Of a stretch of 64,000 nucleotides of DNA, positions 23,667-37,779 are shown piece by piece. The position numbers were made by a program, and so were the translations under genes. The notes below the pieces were generated by a model. It had not been told where the DNA came from. It made no database searches and saw nothing but the letters and a program-made list of their open reading frames with translations. This DNA is from Lama guanicoe (taxonomy: Eukaryota). The stretch is from contig MU053482.1 of NCBI GenBank assembly GCA_013239625.1, positions 1,463,168-1,527,167 of the forward strand, in the 5' to 3' direction. The first letter of the stretch is position 1; every line of letters starts with the position of its first letter.

Positions 23667-26559
23667 TGAAGCCAGTTATTTCATAGGGTTTGATATAATA
23701 ATACGCCATAAATATAATAAAAAGAGGAAGTTGAGTGTCTGTGGTTTAAATGTATCCATCCAATGTCATTAGCCAGGGTGCAGTTTTGTAGTAAACGTAG
23801 GGAGGGGTGGATTTTCAGATATCAAATTTTAAGTCAGAGATCCAGAGTGAGCTTTCTTCAATAAGATTAGATAATATTTATAACTGAGAAAAACAAATTG
23901 GTACCATGAAAAAATACTTAAACTGATGAAAACTGTTTTAAAATTTCATGTACTTTTTTTTTGCAAAATTGTACTCTGCCATATATTAAGATTATTGTAC
24001 CTCTAAACCTTTAATACTATTTCCATTTTCAATTTTATTCTGTAATGAGTATGATAACTATAGTTTTGACTGATGACATTCTGAGTGGAAATGACAAAGC
24101 GGAATCACGTAGAAGGGTTCTGGAGATAGTCTTGCAGGAAGGTTGTCTGCTGAGGATGGACTTTATAAACCCGTAAGTTCTGGCCTGTGTTCCTGGTCTC
24201 TAGCTCCAGTCACCATACAGAGGATCCCCAGAGAAGAACAGGGTAAGATATCCCCGACTGATCTGTGAAATCTGTCAGGTCCCGAGATGACTTCTCAGTG
24301 GGAATAAGTAGGTCCCTAAACTCCTCAGGGACTGAGTGGAACAAACTCTTAGAGTGAGTTGGTCATGATCAGGCCTACATCCTGCTCATGAAGCTGAAAG
24401 GGACTGCAATGTCTCTTCCCTGAACTTTTGACTGACCTCTGGAAAGGCTTAATCAACCTTTAATATGCTGATGACAAACACATGTACTGACCTTTTCTGT
24501 CAACTGACTAATGTTTCAGACACAAATTCTGTCTTTTTGTTGACAGACTCATGAGGCATTCATCATCTCATGCATTCATTTGTTCTTTTATATATTCAAA
24601 AATTTTACTGAATTATTCTTACATTCCAGAGACAGTCTTAGGCCATTGGAAATATTTAAGTGACAAATATCCAATATATCTGCCCTCACAAAATTTATCT
24701 TACAGCATAAGAGGACAATAAAACCAACAAGTCAGTGATTCAGACTATTTGACAGGAACAGTGCAATGGAGAAAGAAAAAGCAGAAAGAGTAATGGAGAT
24801 TAACATGCCAGACAGGAAGTGTCAGTGGAGGCCTCACTGGGAAGATTCTGAGAAATGATGCAAGAGGTGAGGACACTTCCTGTCGAATATCGTGCTACCT
24901 GTGCACATTTGTTCAAGTCTAATCTTCCACTCACATGCATACCATCCAACTTTGGGCCTTCTTTTCCAATTATGGCAGGTTTGGTAATTTGTATCCCATG
25001 GTGAGCACAACCAAAACAGATGATAAAATGTTCAAGTTATCTTAATTATCACATTAGATGTTATAGGATAATACGGAATTGCTTCCTAAGAAACTGTGAG
25101 AACCCAGAGTAGTAAACCTAACACTCACAAACGCCTCAGTACTAATGAGAGAATTTGACTGGCTGGAAAGAACTGTTACCAAACTGGTCCTAGATCTAGT
25201 GTTCTCTGGGATGGGAGAAGGATGAGTCAAAATCTAGGTGAGAATGCTGATTGATGCACCTCACATATGTCCTCAGGATAAGCAGAAACCCGCAGTGACC
25301 AAGTTTTGCATGGATGGGCAGCCCTGAAGATCTAGACAGTCTCAAGCCTTGAACTTGGATATAAGATGGTCAAGGACAGATGGTGCCTGAGGGTGAACTG
25401 AATTAGGAAACAAACAACTCAGGCCTCACTTTTTTTCACACCAAATTATTAAAATACAATAACCCACACACAGTTAAAAAAAAAAAGAACAAAGGAAACA
25501 AGATACCAAGCATATTGTGGGAGCCGTGGAAACAACAGACAACAGGTATAAAATCATTAAGATTTAAGATGTAGGAATTAATAAACAGACTATACTAGTA
25601 CTTCATTTAAAAAGATAAAAGACAATTTGAAAATATATATAATTGCAGAAAACCAAAAATAATGACCAAATAGTACGTAAAACAACCATACAGAACATCA
25701 TAAGTGAAAAATTCACTATGCCAGTGTGTATACCAGGCATTTCTCTTTGGTGAGCATAATCCTCACAGGTCTTCATAGTGGATCCCAAGAGACAGCACAG
25801 GCAGAGGAGCCATCCTACCTCAGAAGTGTCATGATCAAAAGTGGGACCATTATATCTCATAATGCTGCCAGATATAGTTTCAGGGCCCCTGCAAGCACTG
25901 TTTCTGGTTATCAGAATCACTGCACTCAGAGAAAGCATAAACGCATAGACTCTATTTATTCTTTATGTCCTCGCCTCCAGATGCATTTTACAAATTAAAG
26001 AATCATTTTTGTTACACTCAAGGTTGTATGTAACACAGGTAGCATTCCGTTTCTCTCAGGACTTAGGGGAAAGAGAAAGTTCACAAAGGTCAATTGCGTC
26101 CTTAGAGAAGTCAAAGGATTTTGTTAACCTTTACTGTAAAGAGAATGATACATGACATCTAGGATCTTAAATGCCATGTCGTGTCTATATAGAATTATGA
26201 ACAAAGGCACTGTTTAGGAGTCTGTACCAGATCACAGGCCAAATATAAAGAACTTGTGTGCCACATAAAAATTTCTCAAAGAAGTTATAAAGCAACTTCA
26301 GATTTTATAAAAGATGTACTACTACTCTTTGGCAATCTAGTTTTTCTTTCCCAAAGCTCTCAAGTCCTTTGCCAAAACTACATATCTATTTACAAATGAG
26401 CCTGTGTTGATAAGTTTAACAAAACTGTATGTTTTTTTGGTTAGACTTGATAGTTTTTATAAGAATTATATGGCATTTCTACATACAGGTTATTGGCGCA
26501 CGTTAACCTAAGATCTTAGTTAACGGAAACATCTGGTAGCTTAGGAAAAGTCCCTTTTT

Positions 26560-29500
26560 TAAATGTAGTGCAATAAAACTAGAAATCAGTAACAAAAAGG
26601 TAAGTACAGAAACATCTACATATTTGGAAATGAACTGGTATGCAATTTAGTGTCCAACAGAGCAAAGGAAAAAATCAAATAAAAATTAGAAAACAACTGA
26701 ATCATAAGAAAAATTGCATATAAAATCTTATGCTACAGGTACAGAAGATTTTAAAAGAAACCTAATGCTAGAAATACTAGAAAAGACAAAATAGTTAAGA
26801 ATGAATAATGTTACCATTCATTTCCATAGGTAGAAAAGATTATTAATATAAAACCCAGGGTCGTAGAAGGGAAAGAATTATAAAATAAACAGCAGAAATT
26901 AATCAAATAGAAAATCAACACACAATGAAGAGGATTAACATTGCCAAATATTTGCTTTTTTATAGTGATTTGTATTGGACTTATAAAAAATTTTTAAAAG
27001 AAAGTACAAATAACCAATACAGGAAAGGTAAAAGATATTGATCAGACTACAACAGTAATTATGAATCATTCTATGCAAAATTTTGATAACTTAGGTAAAC
27101 CAGGATATCTAGAACAATAAAATTAATCAAATTAACTCAAACTGAAAAAGTAAACCTGAAGAACCATTTAACCATCAAAAAAATTTAATTAGTATGTAAA
27201 TCCTTCCACACAAAAAGGACATACAAATGAATGATGTGGAGAGATTTTCTGGAGTACAGGAACTTCCAACCTAAAGAAAACACTGGAGTAACTATTTAAA
27301 GCATCGGAAAGTGAGACTTTGATCATAAAACTTCTTACCACAATGTAATGGGCTGAAAGAAGTGAGGCTTGGGAGACATAATTTTAAAACTAACAAAATG
27401 GAATATATTTATAGTACTGCTAAATAAAAATGTAGAGTATCTGTAATATTATTGAAACTCCAAGTGGAAAAGCAGAACAGGACTAAAAAGGCAACACGGA
27501 TAAATTAAATGACATTAAATAATGGATAAAGGAAAACTTTTTCTCTAATCACAAAACTTCTGACACCAAAAGTGGTATTTTTGCCCTCCATACCAACCAC
27601 ATAGAAAACTAGTATGTTCTAAATACCCGGACATCAATTTGATGCCCTATTCTTTAATTCAGTTGTGATACTAACTACCTGAAGGTAGTGTCAGACTTCA
27701 CAGGTTTAAGAGCTCAGTTCCAAAAGGCAGCCCTCCCTTCAGACACCAATTGCAAGTTATGGGTCCCCAGGTTATGTACACTTTCAGGTTTCGGTTTTAT
27801 TTTTATTTTTTGTGGTTCTAGCCAGTACCTGAGACAATGTTTAAAAAGGAGGGATGGTGAATGACAGTCCATATCCTACTCTTGCTCTGAAGTTTGGAGC
27901 AAATCACTCAACTAATATTGTACCTAATAGTGAAAGACTTTATGCTGAAAACTATAAAATGCTAATGAAAAAAATCAAAGATGATCTCAGTAAGTGGAGG
28001 AGTAGCATGTCCATGAACTTGATGGCTCAACAATAAAGATATCAGTTCTTCCCCAATTGATCCGTAGGCTTAATGCAATTATTACGAAAATTCCAACGTG
28101 ATTTTTTATTGTTACAATCTAATTTTAAATTTAAATGGAAGGCAAAGGAATGCCCCCAATTTTTTTTCCCCAATTTTTCTTTAAAAAAAGGAATGACACA
28201 ATCTGAATTTAAGACTCACTACATATCAACAGTTGTCAAGACAGTGTACTACTAGTGTACTGGGCGTGGTGAACAAATAGATCAATGAAGCAGAATATAA
28301 TGCAGAAATAGGTCCATACACATATAGCCAACTGATTTTAAACAAAGATGAAAAAGCAATTCACTAGAGAAAGGATAGTCTTTTCAAAATATGGTGTTGG
28401 AATAATTCAACTTTCATAGGCAAAAACAAACAAACTAAATACACAAACCTAAACCTCACATCTTATACAAAAATACACTCAAAATGGATCACTAACCAAA
28501 ATGTGACGTATAAGACCTTTCAGAAGAAAACAGAAGAACTATTCGTAACAAGGGTTAGGTGAAGAGTTCTTAGGCAACACCAAAAGCACAATGCATAAAT
28601 TAAAAGATTAAGAAATTGCACTATATCAAAATTCAAACTAAAAGCATGGGCAGATACCACTACACACCCATTAAATGGTAAATTTAAAGACAAATAATAC
28701 TCAATGTGGGCAAGATTTTGAAACAATTAGAATTCTCAACATTGCCAATGGGAACGTAAAACAATAAATATATTCACTTTGGCAAATTGTTTTGAGTTTC
28801 TTAACAATAAACACAGTATCTCTGGCAATCTCACTGTAATTATCTAAGACAAATGGGAAAATATATCCAGGGAAAATATATCCACACAGAAATAACTCAA
28901 GTGTTCATAGCAGTTTCATTCACAACAGCTGGAAACTGAAAACAACTCCCACCAACTGGTGAGGGGATCAAAATCACTGGTACATCTATTCAATGAAATA
29001 CTATTTGCAAATAAAAAGAAATAAACTGCTAATATACGTTATAATGAATCTCAAAACAATTATGCTGAGGGAAAGAAATCATTTACAACAGAGCACATAC
29101 TCTATGACTTGCATTTTATAAATTTACAGAAAAAGAAAACTAATCTGTATAACTGAAAAGCAAATTAGTAGTTGCCTTTAGCCAGGGGCACAGAGGAAAA
29201 TGGATTGCCAAGGGGCAGAAGGAATCACTGGGAGTTAATAGAAATGTACTTTTACTTGATTGTGATTGTGGTTTCCTAGTTTCAAGTTAACCTTTGTGAA
29301 CTGTCCTCTAAATCCTGGTAAAAATGGAATGTCAGCTGTGTTACAGGCAACATTGATCATAAAAAAAATGATTCTTTAATTGCAAAATGCATCTGGACTG
29401 GGAGGACGTAAAGAATAATGAGATAAAGCAGTATATGTCAACCTCAAGATAAATCAGATGCTGAAATCGCCTGGCAAGGATTTAAAATAGCCACTGAACA

Positions 29501-30900
29501 AATGCTTCAACAAGCAATTATTAGTTCTCTTGAGACAAATGAAAAAGAATAGAAAATTTCAGCAAAAAATAGAAATTATAAAAAATAATAATGTGAACAT
29601 GATATAACTGAAAACAATACAAACATTGAAGTTTAAAAAAAATCAAACAACTTGCAGGATGGGCTCAATAGTCTAGTGGAGATGACAGATGATAGATCCA
29701 GTGAACTTGAATAAGGAAGAATAGAAATAACTGATCTAAACAAAAAGAAAATAGATTTGGGTGAAAAATCAGATCTACATGGATCTGTAAGAAAATAACC
29801 AGCTAACATTCATATTTTGGGAATCTCAGAAAGAGAGGGGAAAGAAAGAAGTACTAAGTAAATACTTAAAGACATGAAGTCTGATAAATTCCAAAATTTC
29901 ATGAAAGACATAGAGCTATAGATGCAGGAGGCTGAGCAAACCTCAAACAGGATAAACCCAAAGAAATTTATAAGAGACACATAGAAAGTTCTGAAAATTA
30001 AACAGAAAGAAAAATCTTACAAGGATTTAAGAAGGAAGTACACATTACTTATTATAAAAAGCAATATGAAAGATAAAATTTCTCACCTGAAACCATGAAG
30101 GCCAGAAGTTAGTAGCATAATATTTTTCAAGTCCTAAAACTAAAGAACAGTCAAACATAAATTCTAATTTGCAAAAATAGTTTCCAGAAATGAAGGTGAA
30201 TATTTCAGATGAAGGAACACTTAAAGAATTTTTTTCCCAACAAATCTACTTTTAAGAAATGGCTAAAGGAAATTCTCTAAACAGAATGTAAGTGATAAAA
30301 AAGAAAACTTGGAACTCCAGTAATTTAAAATATAGAACAAAATGAAAAAAATAAAAGCATACCAAAAATGTGAGATTCAGTTAAAGCAGTGTTGAGAGGG
30401 AAATTTACAGCACTGATTGTTTATGTTACTGAAGAAAAAGGTCTTAGAATATATTTAAAATTTTTGAAAGAAAAGAATGAAGTAGGAGAAATCACTCTAC
30501 TTGACATTAAGACTTATTATACAGCTTCAGTCATCAGGCCACTGCGGTACTGGTAGAAGAATAGGTACACAGATCAATGAAACTGACTAGAAAACCTTGA
30601 GAAAAGACCTGCAAGTATGCCAAACTTTTTTTTTTTTAAGATGCAGAAGCAATCCAATGAAAGAAGGAAGGTTTTTCAGCAAAGGGTTCTGGAGCAACTG
30701 GATATCCATGGAGGGTGGAACTACCTCAACCTAAACATCACACCTGGTATGAGAATTTACTCAAAGTAGATCAGGAAGGGCAATGTGAAATATAGAACCA
30801 AAAGCTATAAACCCTTAGAAAAAGTAAGAGGAAATAGTCAAGATATAGGGTTAGTCAAAAACTTCTGGGAATTGACACTAAAACTAAAATCCATACACAC
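26560..30900 (+). mobile_element. Patchwork of ancient L1M fragments (ORF2, 3' end, ORF1), interrupted at 27230-27785
   Basis: Degenerate A-rich ORF2/ORF1 text, e.g. LYAENYKMLMKKIKDD and an L1M 3' end near 29100-29290. Confidence 0.7.
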
Positions 30901-31116
30901 AAAGATTCATCCAGCTACTATCATGAAAATACTGTGTTCCAAACATGTTTTGAATCATGCACACATGCATATATTTTAAACTATTTTAAAACTGTATCCC
31001 AAGTACAGGCATATCAGGTAATTCAGTAATACTTTAAATGCTTTGTGCACAAAGTGATGATTTTTATTGAAAGTACTCCACTGTTTCTACTTTGATTTTC
31101 CAGCAATCTGTAATTT

Positions 31117-32082
31117 TTAAATGTTCAGGGTCCTTTTATTTACCATCTGAGGGATGAACCTGTGTGTACTGTCTAGTACCTTCCTTAAGGCAATCTGCAT
31201 TTCTTTGTTTCTTAGACTGTAAACAATGGGATTAAGCAGAGGTGTCAGCACTGTGTAGGTCACAGCCCTCAGCATATCTTCGCCGAATGAGCCACTGTCC
31301 TTGGGCCTCAAATAAACAAAGCCAGCAAATCCGTAGTGCATGCACACCACAGTGAGGTGGGAGGAGCAAGTTGAGAAAGCCTTATACCTCCCCTTGGCAG
31401 AAGGCATCTTCATAATGATGGACGCAATGAAGACATAGGAAATCATAATTAAAATAAAGCTGCCTACCAGCACAAAGGCAGAGAGCATAAATATAGCCAT
31501 TTCATGATAGGGCGTATAGTCACAAGCCAGGCAGATCACAGGTGAGATGTCGCAAAAGAAGTGCTGGATGACGTTGGAGTCACAGAAAGACAAGTTGAAT
31601 ACCATGATGACGATGCACAGAGAAACCAGACACCCAACCACCCAGGAGGCCGTCATCAGCTGAAAGCAGATCTTCTGGGTCATCAAGACGGGGTAGTGCA
31701 GCGGGCTGTGAATAGCAGTGTAACGGTCATAGGACATGGCAGCCATGATGAAGCAGTTACTGCTTGACAAGCCAAAGAAGAAGAACATCTGTGTGGCACA
31801 CTCAGGAAGAGAGATGGTCTTACTATCTGATAGTAAATCCACTAACATGCGGGGTATGATTACCACAGTGGTACAGGTTTCTGAAAAGGCCAGACCACAG
31901 AGGAAAAAGTACATGGGGGTGTGCAGGTGGCGAGTGAGCTTGATGGCCACCATTATGGACACATTTGCAGTGAGGATGGTTACATGGGAGAAGAAAATCA
32001 TCACAAAAAGGAGACTCTGCAGGTCTGGGAAACTGGAAAATCCCCACAGAAGGAAGGTGCTCACTGCAGTGTGATTGCCCAT
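31117..32082 (-). CDS. Olfactory receptor family 10 (probably OR10AB-like); 321 aa
   Basis: Intact ORF: NHT, LHTPMYFFL, MSYDRYTAI, HFFCD, KAFSTCSSHL, PLLNPIVYSLRN. The GFSSFPDLQ N-terminus is family-10 style. Subfamily is inferred from the known adjacency of OR10AB to OR5P genes. Candidate minus-strand acceptor at 32127-32128. Confidence 0.9.
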   Translation of the reverse strand: MGNHTAVSTFLLWGFSSFPDLQSLLFVMIFFSHVTILTANVSIMVAIKLTRHLHTPMYFFLCGLAFSETCTTVVIIPRMLVDLLSDSKTISLPECATQMFFFFGLSSSNCFIMAAMSYDRYTAIHSPLHYPVLMTQKICFQLMTASWVVGCLVSLCIVIMVFNLSFCDSNVIQHFFCDISPVICLACDYTPYHEMAIFMLSAFVLVGSFILIMISYVFIASIIMKMPSAKGRYKAFSTCSSHLTVVCMHYGFAGFVYLRPKDSGSFGEDMLRAVTYTVLTPLLNPIVYSLRNKEMQIALRKVLDSTHRFIPQMVNKRTLNI

Positions 32083-35000
32083 CCTCCTGGTGCACGCAGC
32101 AACTCTCTTCCAAAGGTGCAGGGTTCCTGAAGTTAAGACTCTGAGATGTTATAAAACATCCTTATGTACCAATGTCACCAAGACTTTAATCAAAGGGCGC
32201 TGGGAAGTTGAAGGCAGCTCTTCATGGGAAAGCCTAAGAAATTAATGCTAAGTGCACTTGACTGAAGTCAAGTTCAGTAATCAGAGTGAGGAGAATGATT
32301 CTGGTATGAAAATCTATATAAATGACATACAGTCGGCCCAAATATCTCCCTGGATTATACTCACAAAAGCATTCTTATTTCTCTCTTTTCCAATTAGCAT
32401 CTGCATGTAAGAGGGAAACATGAATAAATTTGCTTTGTTCTCACCCACTGGATTTTGTGATGCTACATTTTTCAAATCCTCTTTGAGACAAAATGGTAAC
32501 CTGGTACTCAGGGGTGCTTCATAAACTACTGACTGAATGAATAAAATAATCCAATCACTTAAAATGAATATAACATTTTTAAAAAAAATTAGGCAGATCA
32601 GTGAAATCTTCCAAAAGAGCTTTGACTCTTCCTTCAATGAAATCTTTTTATCAGTGTTTCACCCTGCAGTGGCTCCAAAAGTAGTAACTGTGGCCATGAC
32701 CTGACCACATAAATGAATTTAACATGTTGTAACTTGTACTGGGTTCCTATCCATGGTAATAATTAAAGCTTGAGATTTAAAATATCATTAGTTCTTAACA
32801 CATATCAATAATTCTAAGTTCTTAATTTCTCATTGAAGATCTTTTTTCAAATGCCTAATATATTAATGGACTAGCATTGAGTGAAAATAATTTTGAAGAT
32901 ACCATTTCATTTAGAATGGCATATTCTGGTCATAATGTTCTAATCAAATTTTGGATTTTTTTAGCAAAACCTCCAGGACATTTTGTAGCAGGTGTACTTG
33001 TTATGTGGTTTGCTTTGAAGTGCAGATCTGAATGGAATAAACCCAAATTCCTCTGATCAATTTGGCCAATCATATTTCTATTTCAATTTTTCATTAAACA
33101 TCCAATCTCATATAAGTGGTGAAGGTAGAAATGTGATATGAAGAAATTTCATAAAATTTCAATTTTTAACTTCAAACACTGTTAAAAAATGATGGGAAAG
33201 AAAAATAGTACGGAATCAGTGGAGGAAAATGAAGGAGTGTGCAAGAGAAAGAGAGAAACACTGGCTAGAAGTTATTCTATAGGGCTAAGAAATGTATTGA
33301 AGCTTGAAGGGTTACTGTTTTCTCTTTGCATTGTAATTATGGGCAAAGAATACAAGAGAAGTCATGCCAGGTGACCAGCACCCACCATATACCTTTAATG
33401 TTCCAGACAATATGCTGCAGTTAGAGCTGACTCATGTAGTCCTTTTAAGTCTACGTTTTTAGGATTTTCATTGTGATTTTATAAACAATAAAGTAAGTTA
33501 AAGTGTGGTTAAGTGACTATAGAAGTCATGAGTTTATTCAATACATATTGACTAAATGCATGTGATGGGCCAGGCAATTTTATACTTGGGAAACACAATA
33601 CGTAACCAGACACATAGGATCTGATAATGTGAGAGTGAATGACTGTTTTGGTTTGTGGAGTCAGGGAAGCCCTTTCTGGGGAGGTAACATGCTTAAATGG
33701 AGAACAGAAAGTCAGTTAGCAACCAACAGGTAAAGAACAGGGGAGTCAGCATTGCAGGCACAGTTCAGAGCTAACACAAAGAACCTAATGTGGGAATAAT
33801 CTACCCCAGCAATCTTCAACCTGGACCCATATGGCTTATCTTTTGAGATCAGACCACACTCTTACCACTGATGGTTCCCTAGGCTATTTACCTCTTAGAA
33901 AAACATTTTTTTCCATTCTTTATGCTTCAATCATCATTTACCTTGTGTGCCTTCTTCAGTGTTCTGCCTCTGCCATAGCAGAATCCCCAGTTTCCTTTGG
34001 CACATTTCCAAGGCCGGAATTACCTCCAATAATTCAACGCAAGATTTTCAGAACAAAACTGGCCAAATTTTTCCACATGTCAGAGTTTCCTCCTGTATTT
34101 CCTATTTGAGTTAATTACAGACATCAGAGAGCCACCCTCAAACTCCATTTTTTACTCCTTCCTCATTTTCCATAATTACAGATGGTTTGTTTGCCAGCAT
34201 CTTTATCCTCTTATTTTACTACCTCTGCTATTTCCCATAGGGTGTATATGGTGCCTCCATAGTTGTCTATCAGTCGTAAGTCTCCTGCGTTTTAATTTTA
34301 TTCACCACAATATGACCCGTTGTTAGATTTGTAACTACAGGCTATATTAAGTCACTAACAGTGTCAAAAATAGTGAATAGATACACACTGCTTATCAGAG
34401 GAAATCCAAATACTCCAGCACGATATTTGATGCTCATCACAAAAGGATTCCTAGGCACTGCTCCTGGCTCAGTTTCCACCACACCCCTCTACCTACCCTA
34501 CACTCAAACCAGACAATAGTGCCCTCTTTTTTCCAAACGCTTCACGATCCTTCATGCTGCTGTGCCTGGCAGGTGATTCTCCCTCTGTCTCAGTTTCCCC
34601 TCCTCTATTTTACTTTTATCAGACTTTTATTGAGTTTTCATGCCCTAACTTGAATTACTTTGATTCCTCACCCTCTCTCGTTGTCCACATTTTCTAGATT
34701 CCAGGATCCTAACTAAAAAATGTCGCCTGCATTCTATTCCATCATTCATGTGGGTTTTTGCAACAGCATCTATTTTTTTCCCTCTTCCAGACCTGTCCCT
34801 CACCTCCTGCCACCTTTCCTCTATCACATTTATGATCATGCTACATGTCTTCATTTTCAACATGTTTTAGATACCCTTTGCTTACAAACTAGATAATTCA
34901 AGTAACTTCTAGACTTCACTGCATACTTCAGTCATACTATATCATATACCCTCACAGCTATACTAAGAGATAAGTGCTGTTAAAATGACCATGTTTCTGG

Positions 35001-36180
35001 TGAGGAAACTATGGCTTAGAGAGTTACTTAACTTGACAAAGGTGACACAGCCAGTCAGTACACATGTATCATACACACAACAAGGCAGCAAGAGTCCGAA
35101 GACCCACTCACTTGGCTAGCTGTTTATAAGGCCTCCCTCACCACACGTGCCCTAGCATGGCATTCAAGGTCTTACCTGTCCCGTTGCATCTCCTCTCATG
35201 ATTATTATTTTGGGAGATTTACTAATTCCTCCATAATCCATTTTTTGGTGTATTTGAAGTACACTTTATTTGTACTAAGGTAGTTGGCTGTTCTCTAATG
35301 GGTTTTAAGAATCCTGTCACCTAGCAATGTGAATGCATGTATAGAAGTTTTCTACATGCTGTCTTAATTGAACTTATGATGGTGAAAATCAGCAAACGTC
35401 TGAAAATGCCAGACTGGCTGCTTAGAGTCTAAGAAATCGAGGCTATCATTTTCTCATGCTAGATATTACCCCCAATTTACTGTAGAAGGAAATCATACAT
35501 GACCTACAAGAGTGATCATCTACTAAGAGGTATAACAGATAATCTCTAGGGGAGCTTTATCAAAACAGCATGTCTCTACCAGTACCTACCACAAGTTCTG
35601 GGCAGGCCTCTCCAAGAACAAAGACCTCCAGGATATGAGGATACATATACTTTGCATAATCTTTCTCTTTAATTTTTGTCAAGAACTTTTGATTTATATA
35701 CTTTCACATATTTTTCTGGTAAATTCTGGGGCTTTTTAAAATACTATCCTAGTCCAATAGTGATAAACAATTATGTCAATGTGACATTATTTCCATTTTT
35801 CCCAATCAGGCACTGGAAAGCAATATACCTATAACATTTTTTTCAGCCCCCTGTTTTTCGCAAGCCTTGCTGTCTTTACTATCATGGACTTGGCCTTGAG
35901 TTTCACATCTTCTTCTCTGTAGTTCTTCAGAGCTTCCCCAGTACTGTTTTCTGTGTGCCAGCTATACTAGGAGCAGAGAATTGACAACATTCTTAATTCC
36001 TAGATTATCTGTGCCCATATTTTCATTAATATTTTCCGGTATCTATAAGTACTTGATTATTAGAATACATAGAATAATATTCATTGTAAATAGAGAGAAA
36101 AAACCATACTGCCCACATTTTATAGAAGGAAAATCACTTTCTCTTCTCTTAAATGCATGAGGTGTTAAGCTGGAGGAAGA

Positions 36181-36420
36181 ACTTACAGTCTTACAACTCA
36201 GGTGTGGCTTTCTGCAATACTTCCTCTGATTTCATGTATCTCATAATTCAGGGATAAGTTTTAAGGCAACTTTTTTCTTTTGAATGCCTGTCATGAGTCC
36301 CCTCAGACGTTAGAGTCTCCTGTAACATAAAGGTTGTCTTCATTCCTTAAGGATGGATCACAGTATCATAAAGATTTTAATGAGTCCTCAGGCCACTGGA
36401 GACCATTATCTAGAGACTAC
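36181..36420 (-). promoter_or_regulatory. Putative promoter and first exon of the family-10 OR gene
   Basis: AAGATTTTAATGA at 36371-36383 abuts GTCCTCAGG. Further O/E-like GTCCCCTCAGA near 36297. Minus-strand donor GTAAGT at 36186-36181. About 4.1 kb upstream of the ATG. Confidence 0.5.
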
Positions 36421-36496
36421 TGCTTCAGATGCCAGGAATCTTGTGCTTCATGGGTCCATCACCCAATGTAATGTCCGCAACAATGTTTTTTCTCCC

Positions 36497-36735
36497 TTTT
36501 TTTTAAATTGAAGTATAGTCAATTAAGTTATGATATGTCAATTTCTGCTGTATAGCATAACGTCCAAGTCATGCATATATATACATATATTCATTTTCAT
36601 TAAAGGTTATTACAACAAATTGAACATAGTTCCCTCTTATATACAGAAGGAATTTGTTTTTTTATATTTTTGTATGTAGTGGTTAACATTTAATAAGTTT
36701 CTGGAAATATACAGTCCACCAAGACTGAATCAATA
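36497..36735 (-). mobile_element. Short L1 3' end with an inverted ORF2 snippet
   Basis: Antisense 3'UTR at 36497-36691, then sense KFLEIYSPPRLNQ. Absent from the paralogous site near 19095. Confidence 0.65.
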
Positions 36736-36909
36736 TGAAAAATATTTTTAAATCCTGACCTACCATAGAGAATTTTGAGGGATGTTTGCACTTATAATTC
36801 TGAATAACAACTGAAGTGATGAAAACTCGATTTGTTAAAAATAAATCTTTGGGTTGTGGATGATTCTCTTAGGAATATTTTACTTCCTGCAAAATATCAC
36901 TTATTTTAT

Positions 36910-37066
36910 TTATTTAAAATTTTTTTGTTTATTATTGTATTATTAAAAATTTGGGGGGGGAGGAGGTAATTAGGTTTACTTATTTTTAGAGGAGGTACTG
37001 AGGATCGGGCCCAGTACCTTGTGCATGCTAAGCATGCACTCTACCACTTGAGCTATACCCTCCCCC
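36910..37066 (-). mobile_element. tRNA-derived SINE (camelid Vic-1-like)
   Basis: Minus strand GGGGGAGGGTATAGCTCAAGTGGTAGAG... with A/B boxes. 15-bp TSD tatcacttattttat at 36895-36909 and 37068-37082. Confidence 0.85.
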
Positions 37067-37779
37067 TTATCACTTATTTTATAATTCTGAAAATTTGCCA
37101 AGTCCCTCAGGACTCATCTGTCCAATACCCAGGTCAAAGGAAAGGCAGGTCATGAGAAGCTGTTGCCAAGGAAATCATTTAGAAGATTAGTAAAAAGAAG
37201 ACTAACACACAGTATAAGCACTAAAATTTCTCTCTCAGAGGCATTTCTCCTTTAGAAGATCTTGCTGCAAAGGATAACTCCCTTTTATCCAAATTCCCAG
37301 CTACTGTACTGGCTTGTGTAAAATCTCCAAGTGGCTCCTAACTTCCTCTCTCATCAGCTTGGCTTTTAACATCTTCCACCATCTGTCCTGCTTTCTACCT
37401 AATGAGCTACTAAGTCTTGTCTTCAATGTTGATCCAACACTTGATGCAAACCAGTTGGCATACTATCTTCTGCTTAATATCTGCACTTTCCTCTGTACTC
37501 TTTTCAATCTGTCTTAAAATCCCTTCTCCTGATGAGACTCATTCAAACTTTTTCCATAATTTTAAAGATTTAGCATAAATGCTACCTCATCCAAGAAGTT
37601 CCCTGCCTGAATGAATGCATAAAAATCAAGAGAGAAATTACAATCCTTAAGAATGAGTTCTATTAGGAGGGGCATTTATTTTGGATGGCCTCCACTGTAC
37701 AAAGAACCTCAATGTTAGCAGATACAGTGTAGCAGTCTAGGTAGCTCTACATAAAAATAAACTGGGGTTTTTTTTTGTG

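Noticed and set aside
31561..32130. Antisense and alternative-frame ORFs over the family-10 OR
   Set aside because: Shadow ORFs of the real CDS with no recognisable protein features.
36910..37066. tRNA-like sequence (also 51550-51630)
   Set aside because: Has a SINE tail and TSDs, so it is a retroposed SINE rather than a tRNA gene.
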